Origin: Candidatus Iainarchaeum sp.
GTDB taxonomy: Archaea > Iainarchaeota > Iainarchaeia > Iainarchaeales > GCA-2688035
Reading direction: 5' to 3'
Length of the DNA: 32,000 nucleotides
Assembly (NCBI GenBank): GCA_028713935.1
Contig: JAQTNI010000007.1
Location: 5,262-37,261, forward strand
This document shows positions 1 to 8,161 of the stretch, one piece after another. The first letter of the stretch is position 1. Every line of letters begins with the position of its first letter. The notes under the pieces were generated by a model. That model saw only the letters and a program-made list of their open reading frames with translations. It did no database searches and was not told the origin of the DNA. The translations under genes and the position numbers were made by a program.

Positions 1-72
1 CGTAAAGAGGCGACGTCTATTTTTGACCGAAACAAGGAAAGTATTTTAAAGATTAAAAACTAATTTTTTATT

Positions 73-1308
73 ATGTCACTAAAGTATGATGTGCTTGTTG
101 TTGGTGCGGGCATTTCGGGTTGTATTTTTGCAATGAGTGCTGCAAGAAACGGTGCGAAAGTTTTGCTTGTTGAAAGAAAGAACGAAATAGCCGCGCCACT
201 TAGAGGCGGTGAAGCTTTTTGCAAGCCTTTTTTTGATTTGCTTGCTGAAGAAATGCCTTTTTTGAAAACAGTTCCAAAGTGGGAGCTTTCTGGGACGAAA
301 ATGGTTTTGGAAAAGTTTGAGATTCTTAACAAAGAACCCAAGTGGCTTGCATATATGTTAGAAAGAAGAGTTTTCGAAAAAACTTTGGCCATAGAGGCGG
401 TTAAAAGTGGCTGTGAAATTTTATTGGCTTCTACTTTTAGGGGTTTTATTTATAACAAAGGCTTAGCAACTGCTGCAATTGTTGATACCCCGGATGGAAG
501 AAAAAAGATAACCGCCCGCGTTTTTGTTGGTGCGGATGGTTATGCTTCTAAAGTGAGGTCTGTTTTAGGGCTAAAACAGTTTTCAAAAGACTTGGGTACG
601 GCGATTGAAATTGAAATGGCTGGTGCAAAACTTTCAACAGAAGAATACATTCAGATTTTTGTGGGGCAAGTTCCTGGGGGGTATGCTTATATTTTTCCAA
701 AAGGCGGTGGGCGAGTTGCAACTGGGGTTGGAATGCGTCCATTGATTGAAGCTGGCAAAAAAAAGACGCCCATAGAATATTTTAATTTACTTAAGAATGA
801 AATTCCCGAGCTGCATTCACAGCTCCAAAATGCAGTGGCTTTGGAAATTAAGGGCGGCTGCATAGATTTGGAAGGGCCAATAGCGGCAGTCCATAAAAAT
901 ATTTTGTTAGTTGGCGATGCGGCAAATCAAAGTTTTGCATATGTGGGAGAGGGGATTCTTCCTGGCATGGTTGCCGCGCAAATAGCCGGAGAGGCAGCTG
1001 CACAATATATTAAAAATAATGATCTCATAATTTTAAAAAATTATGAAAAAGACTTTTTGGCATCAGAAATAGGCAAAGAAGTCTTGCATACTGCGGAAAT
1101 AAAAGATGCAATAAATTTTGTTTTGGCTTCTAATAAATCTAAGGAGTACAAGCAATTTTTTACTGCTTTATTAGAAATGGAAATAATTGATTGCAGCAAA
1201 GCGGCAGTTAAAGAAACAATGAAAAATAACACGGTACAAGAATTAGTTGAATTAGCAAAAGTCAAGATAAAAGAAAATAATTTTAGTGTTGAAATTATCC
1301 AAAGATAG
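73..1308 (+). CDS. FAD-dependent geranylgeranyl reductase family oxidoreductase (archaeal lipid saturase type)
   Basis: 411-aa ORF. N-terminal dinucleotide-binding motif DVLVVGAGISGC..VLLVERK, plus GADG (VFVGADGYASKVR) and GDAA (LLVGDAANQ) motifs typical of the GGR family. Confidence 0.85.
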   Translation: MSLKYDVLVVGAGISGCIFAMSAARNGAKVLLVERKNEIAAPLRGGEAFCKPFFDLLAEEMPFLKTVPKWELSGTKMVLEKFEILNKEPKWLAYMLERRVFEKTLAIEAVKSGCEILLASTFRGFIYNKGLATAAIVDTPDGRKKITARVFVGADGYASKVRSVLGLKQFSKDLGTAIEIEMAGAKLSTEEYIQIFVGQVPGGYAYIFPKGGGRVATGVGMRPLIEAGKKKTPIEYFNLLKNEIPELHSQLQNAVALEIKGGCIDLEGPIAAVHKNILLVGDAANQSFAYVGEGILPGMVAAQIAGEAAAQYIKNNDLIILKNYEKDFLASEIGKEVLHTAEIKDAINFVLASNKSKEYKQFFTALLEMEIIDCSKAAVKETMKNNTVQELVELAKVKIKENNFSVEIIQR

Positions 1309-1480
1309 CGTTTGTTGGGCAAAGCCCTACACAAACCTTGTTTTTGCAACTTTTGCATTTTTTTTCATTTATTGTTAAATCCATGCCTTTTGAATCAAAC
1401 GCATTCTTTGGGCAAAAATTAAGACAAGCAAAACACTTAATGCATTTTTCAGGAATGATTTTTGTCATTTTAATCACCAA
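1295..1480 (-). CDS. 4Fe-4S dicluster ferredoxin
   Basis: 61 aa with two cluster motifs, CIKCFACLNFCP and CKSCKNKVCVGLCP. Its start overlaps the stop of the upstream minus-strand ORF by 11 nt (operon-like). Its 3' end overlaps the convergent GGR gene by 14 nt. Confidence 0.8.
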   Translation of the reverse strand: MVIKMTKIIPEKCIKCFACLNFCPKNAFDSKGMDLTINEKKCKSCKNKVCVGLCPTNAIFG

Positions 1481-2630
1481 TGTGCTTTTTGTAATCCCTT
1501 GGGATCGGCGCTATTACAAACAAGGATGGCAAGTATATTTTATTATAACTAATTTTTTTTCCAGAAAGATTTTTTATTAATACACACCCAAAATCAAATT
1601 CCGCTTTTTCTCCGCCAACCAGTTTTAGTGAATTTTCTCTCCATTGTTCTTTTTCCCAAAAACAATCAACAAAAAGAGAGTAACCTTTGTTTTTAATGTA
1701 CTCTTCATTTTGAGTTAGCAATTCAAAAACCAAATGCGCTGCAATATTGGTTTTTCTTTTGTCCCGCAGTATAAATTCAAACGGCGTGTAAGCAAAGAAA
1801 AAACTGTGGTTTTTACTGTAATGTGGTTTGCCAAACATCCATCCGCTCCAAGCGCCAACAAAATATAACAAGACTGATTCTATGGTATCTCCTTTTTTTG
1901 CTATCAGTCCGTGCGCAATTTTGTCGTTGAAAATTTTTTGCAAGTGTTTTTTTGTGTAAACCATGGAAAATTGAACATCTTTGTTGTGTAAATTTATAAA
2001 ATCGGCAACTTTGCCCAAGTCATTTTTGTTTATTTTTTCAATGCTTAATTGTTCTTCCTTTCTGTGCATTTTATTTTTTAATGAAATATTCCAGCGCCCG
2101 AATCTTAGCACAATTTTCCAAAGCATGCCAAGTTGATTTTCTTTTTTGGCGCCTAAAGAAATTCGTAAATCGCTCCCCGCAGGGTACCAGTAGAATCCAT
2201 TGATTTGTTCATATTTTCTTTTTTCAAAAACTTTTTTGTGCTTTTCAACGCGGTTTACAAAATCCCAGCCAAAAATAAGTTTTACTTTCTTTTTTTTAGC
2301 TTCTTTTTCAATTTCTTCAAAAAGCTTATCAAATATTTCAAAATAATTTGAATGCATTTCCGGCAGAATACAGTTGTCCACAAAAAAAGCAATTTTTTGT
2401 TTTTTTCCGTTTACTCTGCCATAAAAAAGGATTGCCCCCAATGAAGCGACTATTTTTCCGTTAATTTTTGCTATTCTTATTATTGTGTCTTGGTCTAAAT
2501 AGCGGTGTATCCATTTTGGGGGGAACCGAAAGTATTCAAATTCTTTTTTTTGGTGGTATGTTGATTTATAAAACAGGGCTAAGAGTTCTTTATCGTCTTT
2601 TTCATTGTAATTTGCAATTTCTATTGACAT
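1470..2630 (-). CDS. GNAT-like (acyl-CoA N-acyltransferase fold) two-domain protein, function unknown
   Basis: 386-aa ORF. The N-terminal segment (IIRIAKINGKIVASLGAILF..KIAFFVDNCILPEMH..) resembles a GNAT core. No precise family recognised by eye. Confidence 0.45.
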   Translation of the reverse strand: MSIEIANYNEKDDKELLALFYKSTYHQKKEFEYFRFPPKWIHRYLDQDTIIRIAKINGKIVASLGAILFYGRVNGKKQKIAFFVDNCILPEMHSNYFEIFDKLFEEIEKEAKKKKVKLIFGWDFVNRVEKHKKVFEKRKYEQINGFYWYPAGSDLRISLGAKKENQLGMLWKIVLRFGRWNISLKNKMHRKEEQLSIEKINKNDLGKVADFINLHNKDVQFSMVYTKKHLQKIFNDKIAHGLIAKKGDTIESVLLYFVGAWSGWMFGKPHYSKNHSFFFAYTPFEFILRDKRKTNIAAHLVFELLTQNEEYIKNKGYSLFVDCFWEKEQWRENSLKLVGGEKAEFDFGCVLIKNLSGKKISYNKIYLPSLFVIAPIPRDYKKHIGD

Positions 2631-2651
2631 TCAAAATTCACTTTCTTTTTT

Positions 2652-3938
2652 TTATTTGTCTGTTATGGCCGGGTTTTTTCTTGAAATTGATAAAAGATTT
2701 ATGGTTTCCTGTAACTGGTGGATGTATGCATTAGGTTTCCCTCTTGTTTCCCCCACAGTGTATATAAGCAGGAAATCATTTGTTTTTTGTAACAGTTTGT
2801 CCCGTGTTTTGAAAATATTTCTGCCAAGGGTTTCGAGCCTTACTGCACAAGATACGCCAAACAAGAATGCCGGTTCTTGTATGTTTAAGATTAAAGGATC
2901 TAAACTATTGAGTAATTTTTCTCCTGAGGTCGTTAAAAATTCAAATTTGTTGCCTCTTGCAGTATGGCCAAGTATTATTTCTTTTCCCGTAAAAATTGGG
3001 ACTGGGTATGGGTGTAATGTGCCATCAGGAAAATAGATTCCTATGGGGTAGTAAATTGTTTTTCTGTGTATAAATTCATCCAAGACTTTTTCATCCCATC
3101 CATTTGCTTCAAGGTATTTTTTTTGAGCATCCACTCCATCGAAGTCCTTTATCAAATAATCCCAAAGTGCTTTTTTTTGAATTGTGCCATTTATCCCCGT
3201 GCTTTGTAATCCATGGCCCCCATCCATAAAAACATTAAAATTTGTTGAGAGCCCCAGTGCAATTACAGTATTTTGTAGTACTTTATCAAAGAAAAACTGG
3301 TAGTTTCTGGTGTAATTATTGTCATCATTTGTAGACCCTCCAAAAACTGAAAAATCAGGCAATTGTTTTCTTATTTCTTCTGCAATTTCTTGTTCTCTCC
3401 CGAGTCCTTTTTGAATAACCAGAGTAGATAGTTTTATTATTGATGGCAAAAGCAATCTTAGAAAAGGATTTTTTACAACCTTGATTTTTCCAATTCCTGG
3501 CATAATCGGGTAGGACGGACCAGAAGTAATTAGTAAAAGTAACTTGTTTTGAAATTTAAATTTAAAATTTTTTATTTTTTTAATGCAATTTCTCGCGGCA
3601 TTCTTTGGGTTTCTTTTAGTATTTATTCCAAACCCAATTTCAAAATCAAGTTCGTCAGAATAAATTGCAGCCGCGGCAATGCCTTGGGTGCAAGCAGCAT
3701 TTGCAGTAAGAAAACCAGTAACAGTCCCTCCCACTAGCGGCGTTTCTTTTGGAATGTTTTGGTAAATTGTGTCTAATATTTTTTGGAATCCCCTGTTTTT
3801 TTCATGGTGAATAGTGGAAAAAAGAAGGACAAAGGTGGGCGGTTTGCTAAGCTTGCTTAATGCCTGTGTGATAACCTCTTTTGCTGCTTCTTCTGGATTC
3901 CAGTTCTGGCTAGTGCCAATTCCAACTTCAAAAACCAA
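2652..3938 (-). CDS. FIST (FIST_N/FIST_C) sensory-domain protein
   Basis: 428 aa. The N-terminus VGIGTSQNWNPEEAAKEVITQALSKL..PTFVLLFSTIHH..LDTIYQNIPKETPLVGGTVTG follows the FIST N-domain pattern. There is no output domain. Confidence 0.6.
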   Translation of the reverse strand: MVFEVGIGTSQNWNPEEAAKEVITQALSKLSKPPTFVLLFSTIHHEKNRGFQKILDTIYQNIPKETPLVGGTVTGFLTANAACTQGIAAAAIYSDELDFEIGFGINTKRNPKNAARNCIKKIKNFKFKFQNKLLLLITSGPSYPIMPGIGKIKVVKNPFLRLLLPSIIKLSTLVIQKGLGREQEIAEEIRKQLPDFSVFGGSTNDDNNYTRNYQFFFDKVLQNTVIALGLSTNFNVFMDGGHGLQSTGINGTIQKKALWDYLIKDFDGVDAQKKYLEANGWDEKVLDEFIHRKTIYYPIGIYFPDGTLHPYPVPIFTGKEIILGHTARGNKFEFLTTSGEKLLNSLDPLILNIQEPAFLFGVSCAVRLETLGRNIFKTRDKLLQKTNDFLLIYTVGETRGKPNAYIHQLQETINLLSISRKNPAITDK

Positions 3939-3996
3939 TTTTTCTCACTTTAATAGAATAAGGCATTGGAAATATAAAAAACAATCTTTTAACCTT

Positions 3997-4101
3997 TTAT
4001 GTATAAAAAAAGCCAGTTGTTTGCACAATTTTTATTTTGCTTGCAAGGAAGAGAAGGGCAAGGATTATTGCGAGAATAATTATTCTTGTTTTTGTGTTCA
4101 T
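3997..4101 (-). CDS. possible 34-aa single-pass membrane peptide (MNTKTRIIILAIILALLFLASKIKIVQTTGFFYT)
   Basis: Short ATG-initiated ORF below the ORF-track cutoff with one hydrophobic helix. No other support. Confidence 0.2.
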   Translation of the reverse strand: MNTKTRIIILAIILALLFLASKIKIVQTTGFFYT

Positions 4102-4112
4102 GTTTTTGCCTT

Positions 4113-4478
4113 TTAATCAAACAAGGAAAAGATTTCCTCAACGGGTTTTTGCCTGCAAAGACAGCCGTTTTTTTCAATCAAATGCTTTTTTGCAAGTTCT
4201 TGGGTGATTTTGGAGATTTTTTTGCTTGAGAGGTTAAGGGCTTGGGAGATTTCTTCTTCGGATTTGTAAAACCAGGAATCTGTTATGTATAAGAATGTTT
4301 TGCTGTGCTCTGTTTTTTTGTGCGGAATTTTTTTTCGCAGTAAGCGCAGCTGCGCTAGCTTTAATATGCTGATTTTTCCTGCCGATGGCTCAACAAAACT
4401 TTGCAATTTATCAAACCCCTTTTTAATAAAAATTCGCACGCGCCCGAAGGCGCGTGGAGCAGGCTCACCAATATGCAA
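4113..4478 (-). CDS. small helix-turn-helix / winged-helix DNA-binding protein (start uncertain)
   Basis: C-terminal part SEEEISQALNLSSKKISKITQELAKKHLIEK looks like an HTH. The listed start is TTG inside a GC-rich hairpin region. A TATA-like TTTATTAAAAA (minus sense, about 4420-4430) suggests the real start lies downstream, for example the in-frame TTG of ..DKLQSF... Confidence 0.4.
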   Translation of the reverse strand: MHIGEPAPRAFGRVRIFIKKGFDKLQSFVEPSAGKISILKLAQLRLLRKKIPHKKTEHSKTFLYITDSWFYKSEEEISQALNLSSKKISKITQELAKKHLIEKNGCLCRQKPVEEIFSLFD

Positions 4479-4572
4479 CGCCCGGAAGCGGGTTTGCTTT
4501 CAGAAGCAGTGCTGCCTTGAAAGCAGGTTGTTCCGCATTCTTTTTGTATGGCGTTTTGAATTGGGTGCTCTA
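4430..4572 (-). ncRNA. candidate structured ncRNA of about 135-140 nt, unknown class
   Basis: GC about 55% by hand count, against an AT-rich background. Minus sense has a TATA-like TTATATTAA (4593-4601) about 23 nt upstream of the GC-rich block. Long-range pairings form a rod: GAGCA/UGCUC, CCAAU/AUUGG, AACGCC/GGCGUU, GCGG/CCGC, UGCUUUCA/UGAAAGCA. It ends with an 8-bp GC hairpin capped by UUCG (4437-4456) followed by a UUUUU tract. Confidence 0.4.
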
Positions 4573-4672
4573 AAGAATTGCTGTTCAGGGCATTAATATA
4601 AGTGAGGTTGAAAATGCTTCAACCAAGGAGTTGAGTATTCCTTTTTGTATTTTTTGCAGTGCTGTTTTCTTT

Positions 4673-5176
4673 ATGGTGAAAAGCAGTGATTTTTATTCGC
4701 AGATTGCTCTTGGCTATAATGAATTGCATGCCGAGGAGCAATTGAAAAAAGCCGAATTTGTCAAATCAAAAATCAATTTGAATGGCTTGTTATTGGATAT
4801 TGGCGCGGGAACTTGTGTTTCCACCAAAGAATTTTTGGATAAGGCTGAAAGGATTGTGGCTCTTGACCCTTCTAAGGCCATGCTTTTGCAGTGTTCTTCG
4901 CAGGAAATTTTGCGTGTTTGTGCAAAAGCAGAGAAATTGCCTTTTCCCGATGCAATTTTTGATTCTGTTGTTTCCTTGACAGCACTGCATCATTCAGATT
5001 TGGAAATTGCTTTTGCTGAAATAATGAGGGTTGCAAAGCCGAATGCAAAAATTGCTGTTTCTTTTTTGAAGCAGTCAAAAAAAATTGTTCTTGCAAAAAG
5101 GCTTTTCAGGGATTTTGATTGTTTTGAAGAGGCAAAAGACCTGGTTTTTGCCAAGGATTTTGGCAAAGCAAAATAA
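4673..5176 (+). CDS. class I SAM-dependent methyltransferase
   Basis: Motif I LLDIGAGTCV, post-I VALDPS, and LTALHH..MRVAKPNAKIAVSF (Methyltransf_11-like). ATG at 4673 is preferred over the TTG at 4631, which adds a hydrophobic non-homologous N-terminus. Confidence 0.75.
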   Translation: MVKSSDFYSQIALGYNELHAEEQLKKAEFVKSKINLNGLLLDIGAGTCVSTKEFLDKAERIVALDPSKAMLLQCSSQEILRVCAKAEKLPFPDAIFDSVVSLTALHHSDLEIAFAEIMRVAKPNAKIAVSFLKQSKKIVLAKRLFRDFDCFEEAKDLVFAKDFGKAK

Positions 5177-5254
5177 TAGTTTTTTAAACCCTACATTGGA
5201 CAAATTATTCTGCCATTAATTAGTTGCCTTAATTTTGGTTTTTGAATTTGAATT

Positions 5255-6436
5255 TTGCGGGGGATTTTTTTGGAAGAAACTGAGGATTTGAAGTCTACTG
5301 GAAAATTTGCAGTTAAAGAAGAGGGAAAAAAGCCTGTTCTTGGCTTTATTGCAATTGCAGCTGTTTTTTTGGTTGTTGGAATTCTTGCGGGCGGATTTTT
5401 GGTTCCGCAGGCAGGCCTTGCAACTTTGCCAAGCACAAGCGGAAATGCCAATGCAGGAAATTCTTCCGCTGTTGCCGACAAGACAATAAAATATTTGAAT
5501 GACAATTTTTTTTCAGCACAGGGAGTGGAGGCAAAATTGTCTTCCGTGACTGAAGAATTTGGAATGTACAATGTTGCTTTTGATGTTTACAAGGGAACTG
5601 AAAAGCAGGGTTCAATGAGTGTTTATGCTTCAAAAGACGGAAAAGAAGCGCTTGTAGCATCACAGGTATTGGAATTGGACACACCTGTTACGCAGCCAGC
5701 CCAGACCGGCCAGCAGTTTTCTTATGAAGGTGTGGCTAAACCAGACACTCCTTTGCTTGAAGCATTTATTGTTTCAAACTGCCCTTTTGGCTTGCAAATG
5801 CAGCGCCTTTTAGCGCCAGTAGCAACTGGCCTTGCACAAAATATCAAAGTAAGGTATCTGGGTTCCATTGTAAATGGCAAAATAACCTCTATGCATGGCG
5901 ATGCCGAGGCACAAGAAAATTTGCGCCAAATTTGCATTCGTGAGGAACAGTCTGATAAATATTGGGCGTATGTCGCAGAGTACATAAAAGCCGGGAATGT
6001 GGATTCTGCTTTGTCTGTTGCAGGCATAGACAAGATAAGCTTGGATTCTTGCATGGCAGACCCGCAAAAAGGGTTAAAGTATGCCCAGGCAGATTTTGAC
6101 AGGGTAACTGAATTGACTGCAAAGTTTGCAAAGGACTATTCTGTTACGCAGGAAATTTCTTTTCCCTCGCCAGCAGTAGTGCTGAACAGTGAAACAACTC
6201 TGGAGTTCAGTTCACAAGGCAACTATTATTCGCCTTCAGAGGAATTTGCATATGCTGCTGCAAAAGGCGTGACTTATAATGCAAGGTCAGCTGAAAACGT
6301 GAAAAATCTTTTATGTGATGGCTTCAACACAATGCCAGCAGCCTGTTCCGCAAAGCTTTCTGAAGAACAAGCAGCAACATCTTTCTCTGAGCAATACTCT
6401 GGCGGAAGCTCCACTGGCGGAAGCTGCGGAAGCTGA
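5255..6436 (+). CDS. N-terminally membrane-anchored extracytoplasmic protein with DsbA/thioredoxin-like domain (CPFG in place of CPxC)
   Basis: TM helix VLGFIAIAAVFLVVGILAGGFLV. DsbA-like segment EAFIVSNCPFGLQMQRLLAPV...HGDAEAQENLRQICIRE..KYWAYV. No ATG precedes the TM helix, so the start (TTG) is uncertain. Confidence 0.5.
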   Translation: MRGIFLEETEDLKSTGKFAVKEEGKKPVLGFIAIAAVFLVVGILAGGFLVPQAGLATLPSTSGNANAGNSSAVADKTIKYLNDNFFSAQGVEAKLSSVTEEFGMYNVAFDVYKGTEKQGSMSVYASKDGKEALVASQVLELDTPVTQPAQTGQQFSYEGVAKPDTPLLEAFIVSNCPFGLQMQRLLAPVATGLAQNIKVRYLGSIVNGKITSMHGDAEAQENLRQICIREEQSDKYWAYVAEYIKAGNVDSALSVAGIDKISLDSCMADPQKGLKYAQADFDRVTELTAKFAKDYSVTQEISFPSPAVVLNSETTLEFSSQGNYYSPSEEFAYAAAKGVTYNARSAENVKNLLCDGFNTMPAACSAKLSEEQAATSFSEQYSGGSSTGGSCGS

Positions 6437-6461
6437 ATAGTTAATCGTGTGGGGAAATGAA

Positions 6462-6803
6462 ATGAATTTCCAAAAGATTTTCGTTTTGTTTTCCTTTTCA
6501 ATTCTTTTTCTTTTGCTTGGCTGCACTCAAAGCAGCGATTCTCCTTTGCCTGAACAGCAAATAGCCCTGAAAGAATGCAAGCAATTGTGCAATGCCTCTC
6601 TTCCAAAGTCTGATATTGACTGGCCTTCAGGGCCCTGCCTTGGAAACCCAATGCAGCAAAATCCTGATTGGGTGTGTGACATAGCGCAAAATCCTCGCAT
6701 TGCTCTTGATGATATCGCAGGAAACCAGTGCAGTGCTTTTCCTTCGCCTACAAACCATTTTGTTGAACTGGACAGCCAGTGCAATTTAATAAAGTTTTAC
6801 TGA
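6462..6803 (+). CDS. small secreted cysteine-rich lipoprotein-like protein
   Basis: Signal peptide with lipobox-like FLLLGC, and several further Cys in the mature part. ATG at 6462 lies inside the listed ORF. Confidence 0.5.
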   Translation: MNFQKIFVLFSFSILFLLLGCTQSSDSPLPEQQIALKECKQLCNASLPKSDIDWPSGPCLGNPMQQNPDWVCDIAQNPRIALDDIAGNQCSAFPSPTNHFVELDSQCNLIKFY

Positions 6804-6866
6804 TTTTTTGCAGTTTTGCCAATCCCTTTTTATTAAATTTGGCGCATAATTATTTAGGTGTTTTTT

Positions 6867-7088
6867 ATGGAATTTGATGTTGTTTTTGAAAAGCAGAAGG
6901 AAGGTGGTTTTACTGTTTATGTTCCGGGCTTGCCTGGCTGCATTTCTGAAGGGGAAACAAAATTGGAAGCATTGAAAAATGTCAAAGAAGCAATTTCCCT
7001 TTATCTTGAAGAAAAGAATAAATCAGAAATAAGGCAATTATTGGATTCTGTCTCTATAGAAAAAGCCGCCGTGAAAATTCATGCCTAA
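6867..7088 (+). CDS. hicB: HicB-family antitoxin (UPF0150)
   Basis: MEFDVVFEKQKEGGFTVYVPGLPGCISEGETKLEALKNVKEAISLYLEE matches the HicB N-domain pattern. AGGTG SD upstream. 8-nt overlap with hicA. Confidence 0.8.
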   Translation: MEFDVVFEKQKEGGFTVYVPGLPGCISEGETKLEALKNVKEAISLYLEEKNKSEIRQLLDSVSIEKAAVKIHA

Positions 7089-7299
7089 ACTCTGGAATGT
7101 TTCTGCAAGAGAAGTTGTTAAAGTTTCTTCTCGGCTTGGTTTTGTTTTTGCAAGGCAAAAAGGCAGCCACATTATTCTGAAGCACAATGATGGCAGGCTT
7201 CTTGTAATCCCAAATCATGAAAAACTAAAAATTGGCACTTTGCTGCAGATAATAAAAGCCCTGGGAATCAGCAGGGAAGAATTTGAAAAATTGCTTTAA
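7081..7299 (+). CDS. hicA: HicA-family mRNA interferase toxin
   Basis: 72 aa. ..ARQKGSHIILKHNDGRLLVIPNHEKLKIGTLLQIIKALGIS.. is the typical HicA/YcfA pattern. Confidence 0.8.
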   Translation: MPKLWNVSAREVVKVSSRLGFVFARQKGSHIILKHNDGRLLVIPNHEKLKIGTLLQIIKALGISREEFEKLL

Positions 7300-7365
7300 C
7301 ACTATCTTTTTGTAAACCATGGTTTTTTATTAGCCAACAACCATTATCTTTTGAGAGGTGTTTTT

Positions 7366-7602
7366 ATGAAAAAAGTGATTGTTTATTCAACTGATACCTG
7401 CCCTTTCTGCACAATGGCAAAGGATTTCCTGAAAAGCAAAAAAATAAAATTTGAAGAATTCAATGTTGCTGAAAATGAGGCAAAGCTGCAGGAAATGCTG
7501 AAAAAATCTGGCCAGACAGGAGTGCCTGTAATTGACATTGCAGGAGAAATAATAACCGGCTTTGACAAGGAACGCATAGAAAATGCGCTTGGCCTGAAGT
7601 GA
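7366..7602 (+). CDS. glutaredoxin / NrdH-like redoxin
   Basis: 78 aa. MKKVIVYSTDTCPFCTMAKDFL.. carries a CPFC active site and GVPVI motif. GAGGTG SD sits 6 nt upstream. Confidence 0.85.
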   Translation: MKKVIVYSTDTCPFCTMAKDFLKSKKIKFEEFNVAENEAKLQEMLKKSGQTGVPVIDIAGEIITGFDKERIENALGLK

Positions 7603-7620
7603 AGCATTGGATGTTTTTGG

Positions 7621-7890
7621 ATGAATGCCGCTGAAAAACAAATTTTGGATGAAGTAAAGGCTTATGCAAGGAAAAACGGCTTCAGGATAAATCCTGACAG
7701 CAAAATAGTTGAAGCTGTTGTAAAGGGCCTTGCAAAAAACCTTGGAAGATATGGCAAAAAAATCTGCCCCTGCAGGGTTCCGACTGGCAAGGCAGAAGAC
7801 GATGAAAAGCTTGTCTGCCCCTGTGCTTTTCACATTGAAGAGATAAAAAAAACAGGCCACTGCAAATGCCGCCTTTTTTTCGCCAAATAA
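7621..7890 (+). CDS. ferredoxin:thioredoxin reductase catalytic-subunit-like protein (ferredoxin:disulfide reductase type)
   Basis: 89 aa with the FTR-catalytic cysteine pattern CPCR...CPCAFH...HCKCRLF. Confidence 0.8.
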   Translation: MNAAEKQILDEVKAYARKNGFRINPDSKIVEAVVKGLAKNLGRYGKKICPCRVPTGKAEDDEKLVCPCAFHIEEIKKTGHCKCRLFFAK

Positions 7891-8161
7891 CTCCGAGTTT
7901 TCCATAATTTCGGCAAACGCACGGCTATGGATTTTGAATAATTTTTTTTAAAAAAATTTGGATTTCGTATTGTTTTTTGTTTTGGCATAATGCCTTTTTT
8001 GTTTTTAATGTTTTTTTTGTTTTTTTTGTTTGGAAAGCAAAATAATTTTTTTCAGCAGCAAATTTTATAAACAGGCGAATTGTTATTATTTTGCAAAAAA
8101 ATTTTTGTTTTTTTGAAGTTTGGTTTGCCTTTTTTAAAAAGATTTTTCGGGAGCTGGTTGC

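Noticed and set aside
60-392. 110-aa minus-strand ORF at the window start
   Set aside because: It lies antisense to the GGR gene, whose Rossmann motif is unambiguous. No motif of its own.
4436-4572. GC-rich block considered as tRNA, 5S rRNA, SRP RNA or RNase P RNA
   Set aside because: No T-arm (GTTCRANYC) or cloverleaf. No 5S loop-C CCGAAC..GGAAGUUAAGC pattern. No SRP helix-8 GGAA tetraloop with an AGCA loop. No RNase P CR-I/CR-V. It is kept only as an unclassified ncRNA candidate.
7387-7905. 172-aa minus-strand ORF spanning the redoxin and FTR-like genes
   Set aside because: It overlaps two plus-strand genes with clear active-site motifs (CPFC; CPC...CPC...HCKC). It is a shadow ORF.
7920-8161. 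T-rich, low-complexity 240-bp spacer upstream of nrdD, considered as a CRISPR array, riboswitch or repeat array
   Set aside because: No regular repeat-spacer periodicity and no conserved riboswitch core recognisable. It looks like an AT-rich promoter/terminator spacer with oligo-T tracts.
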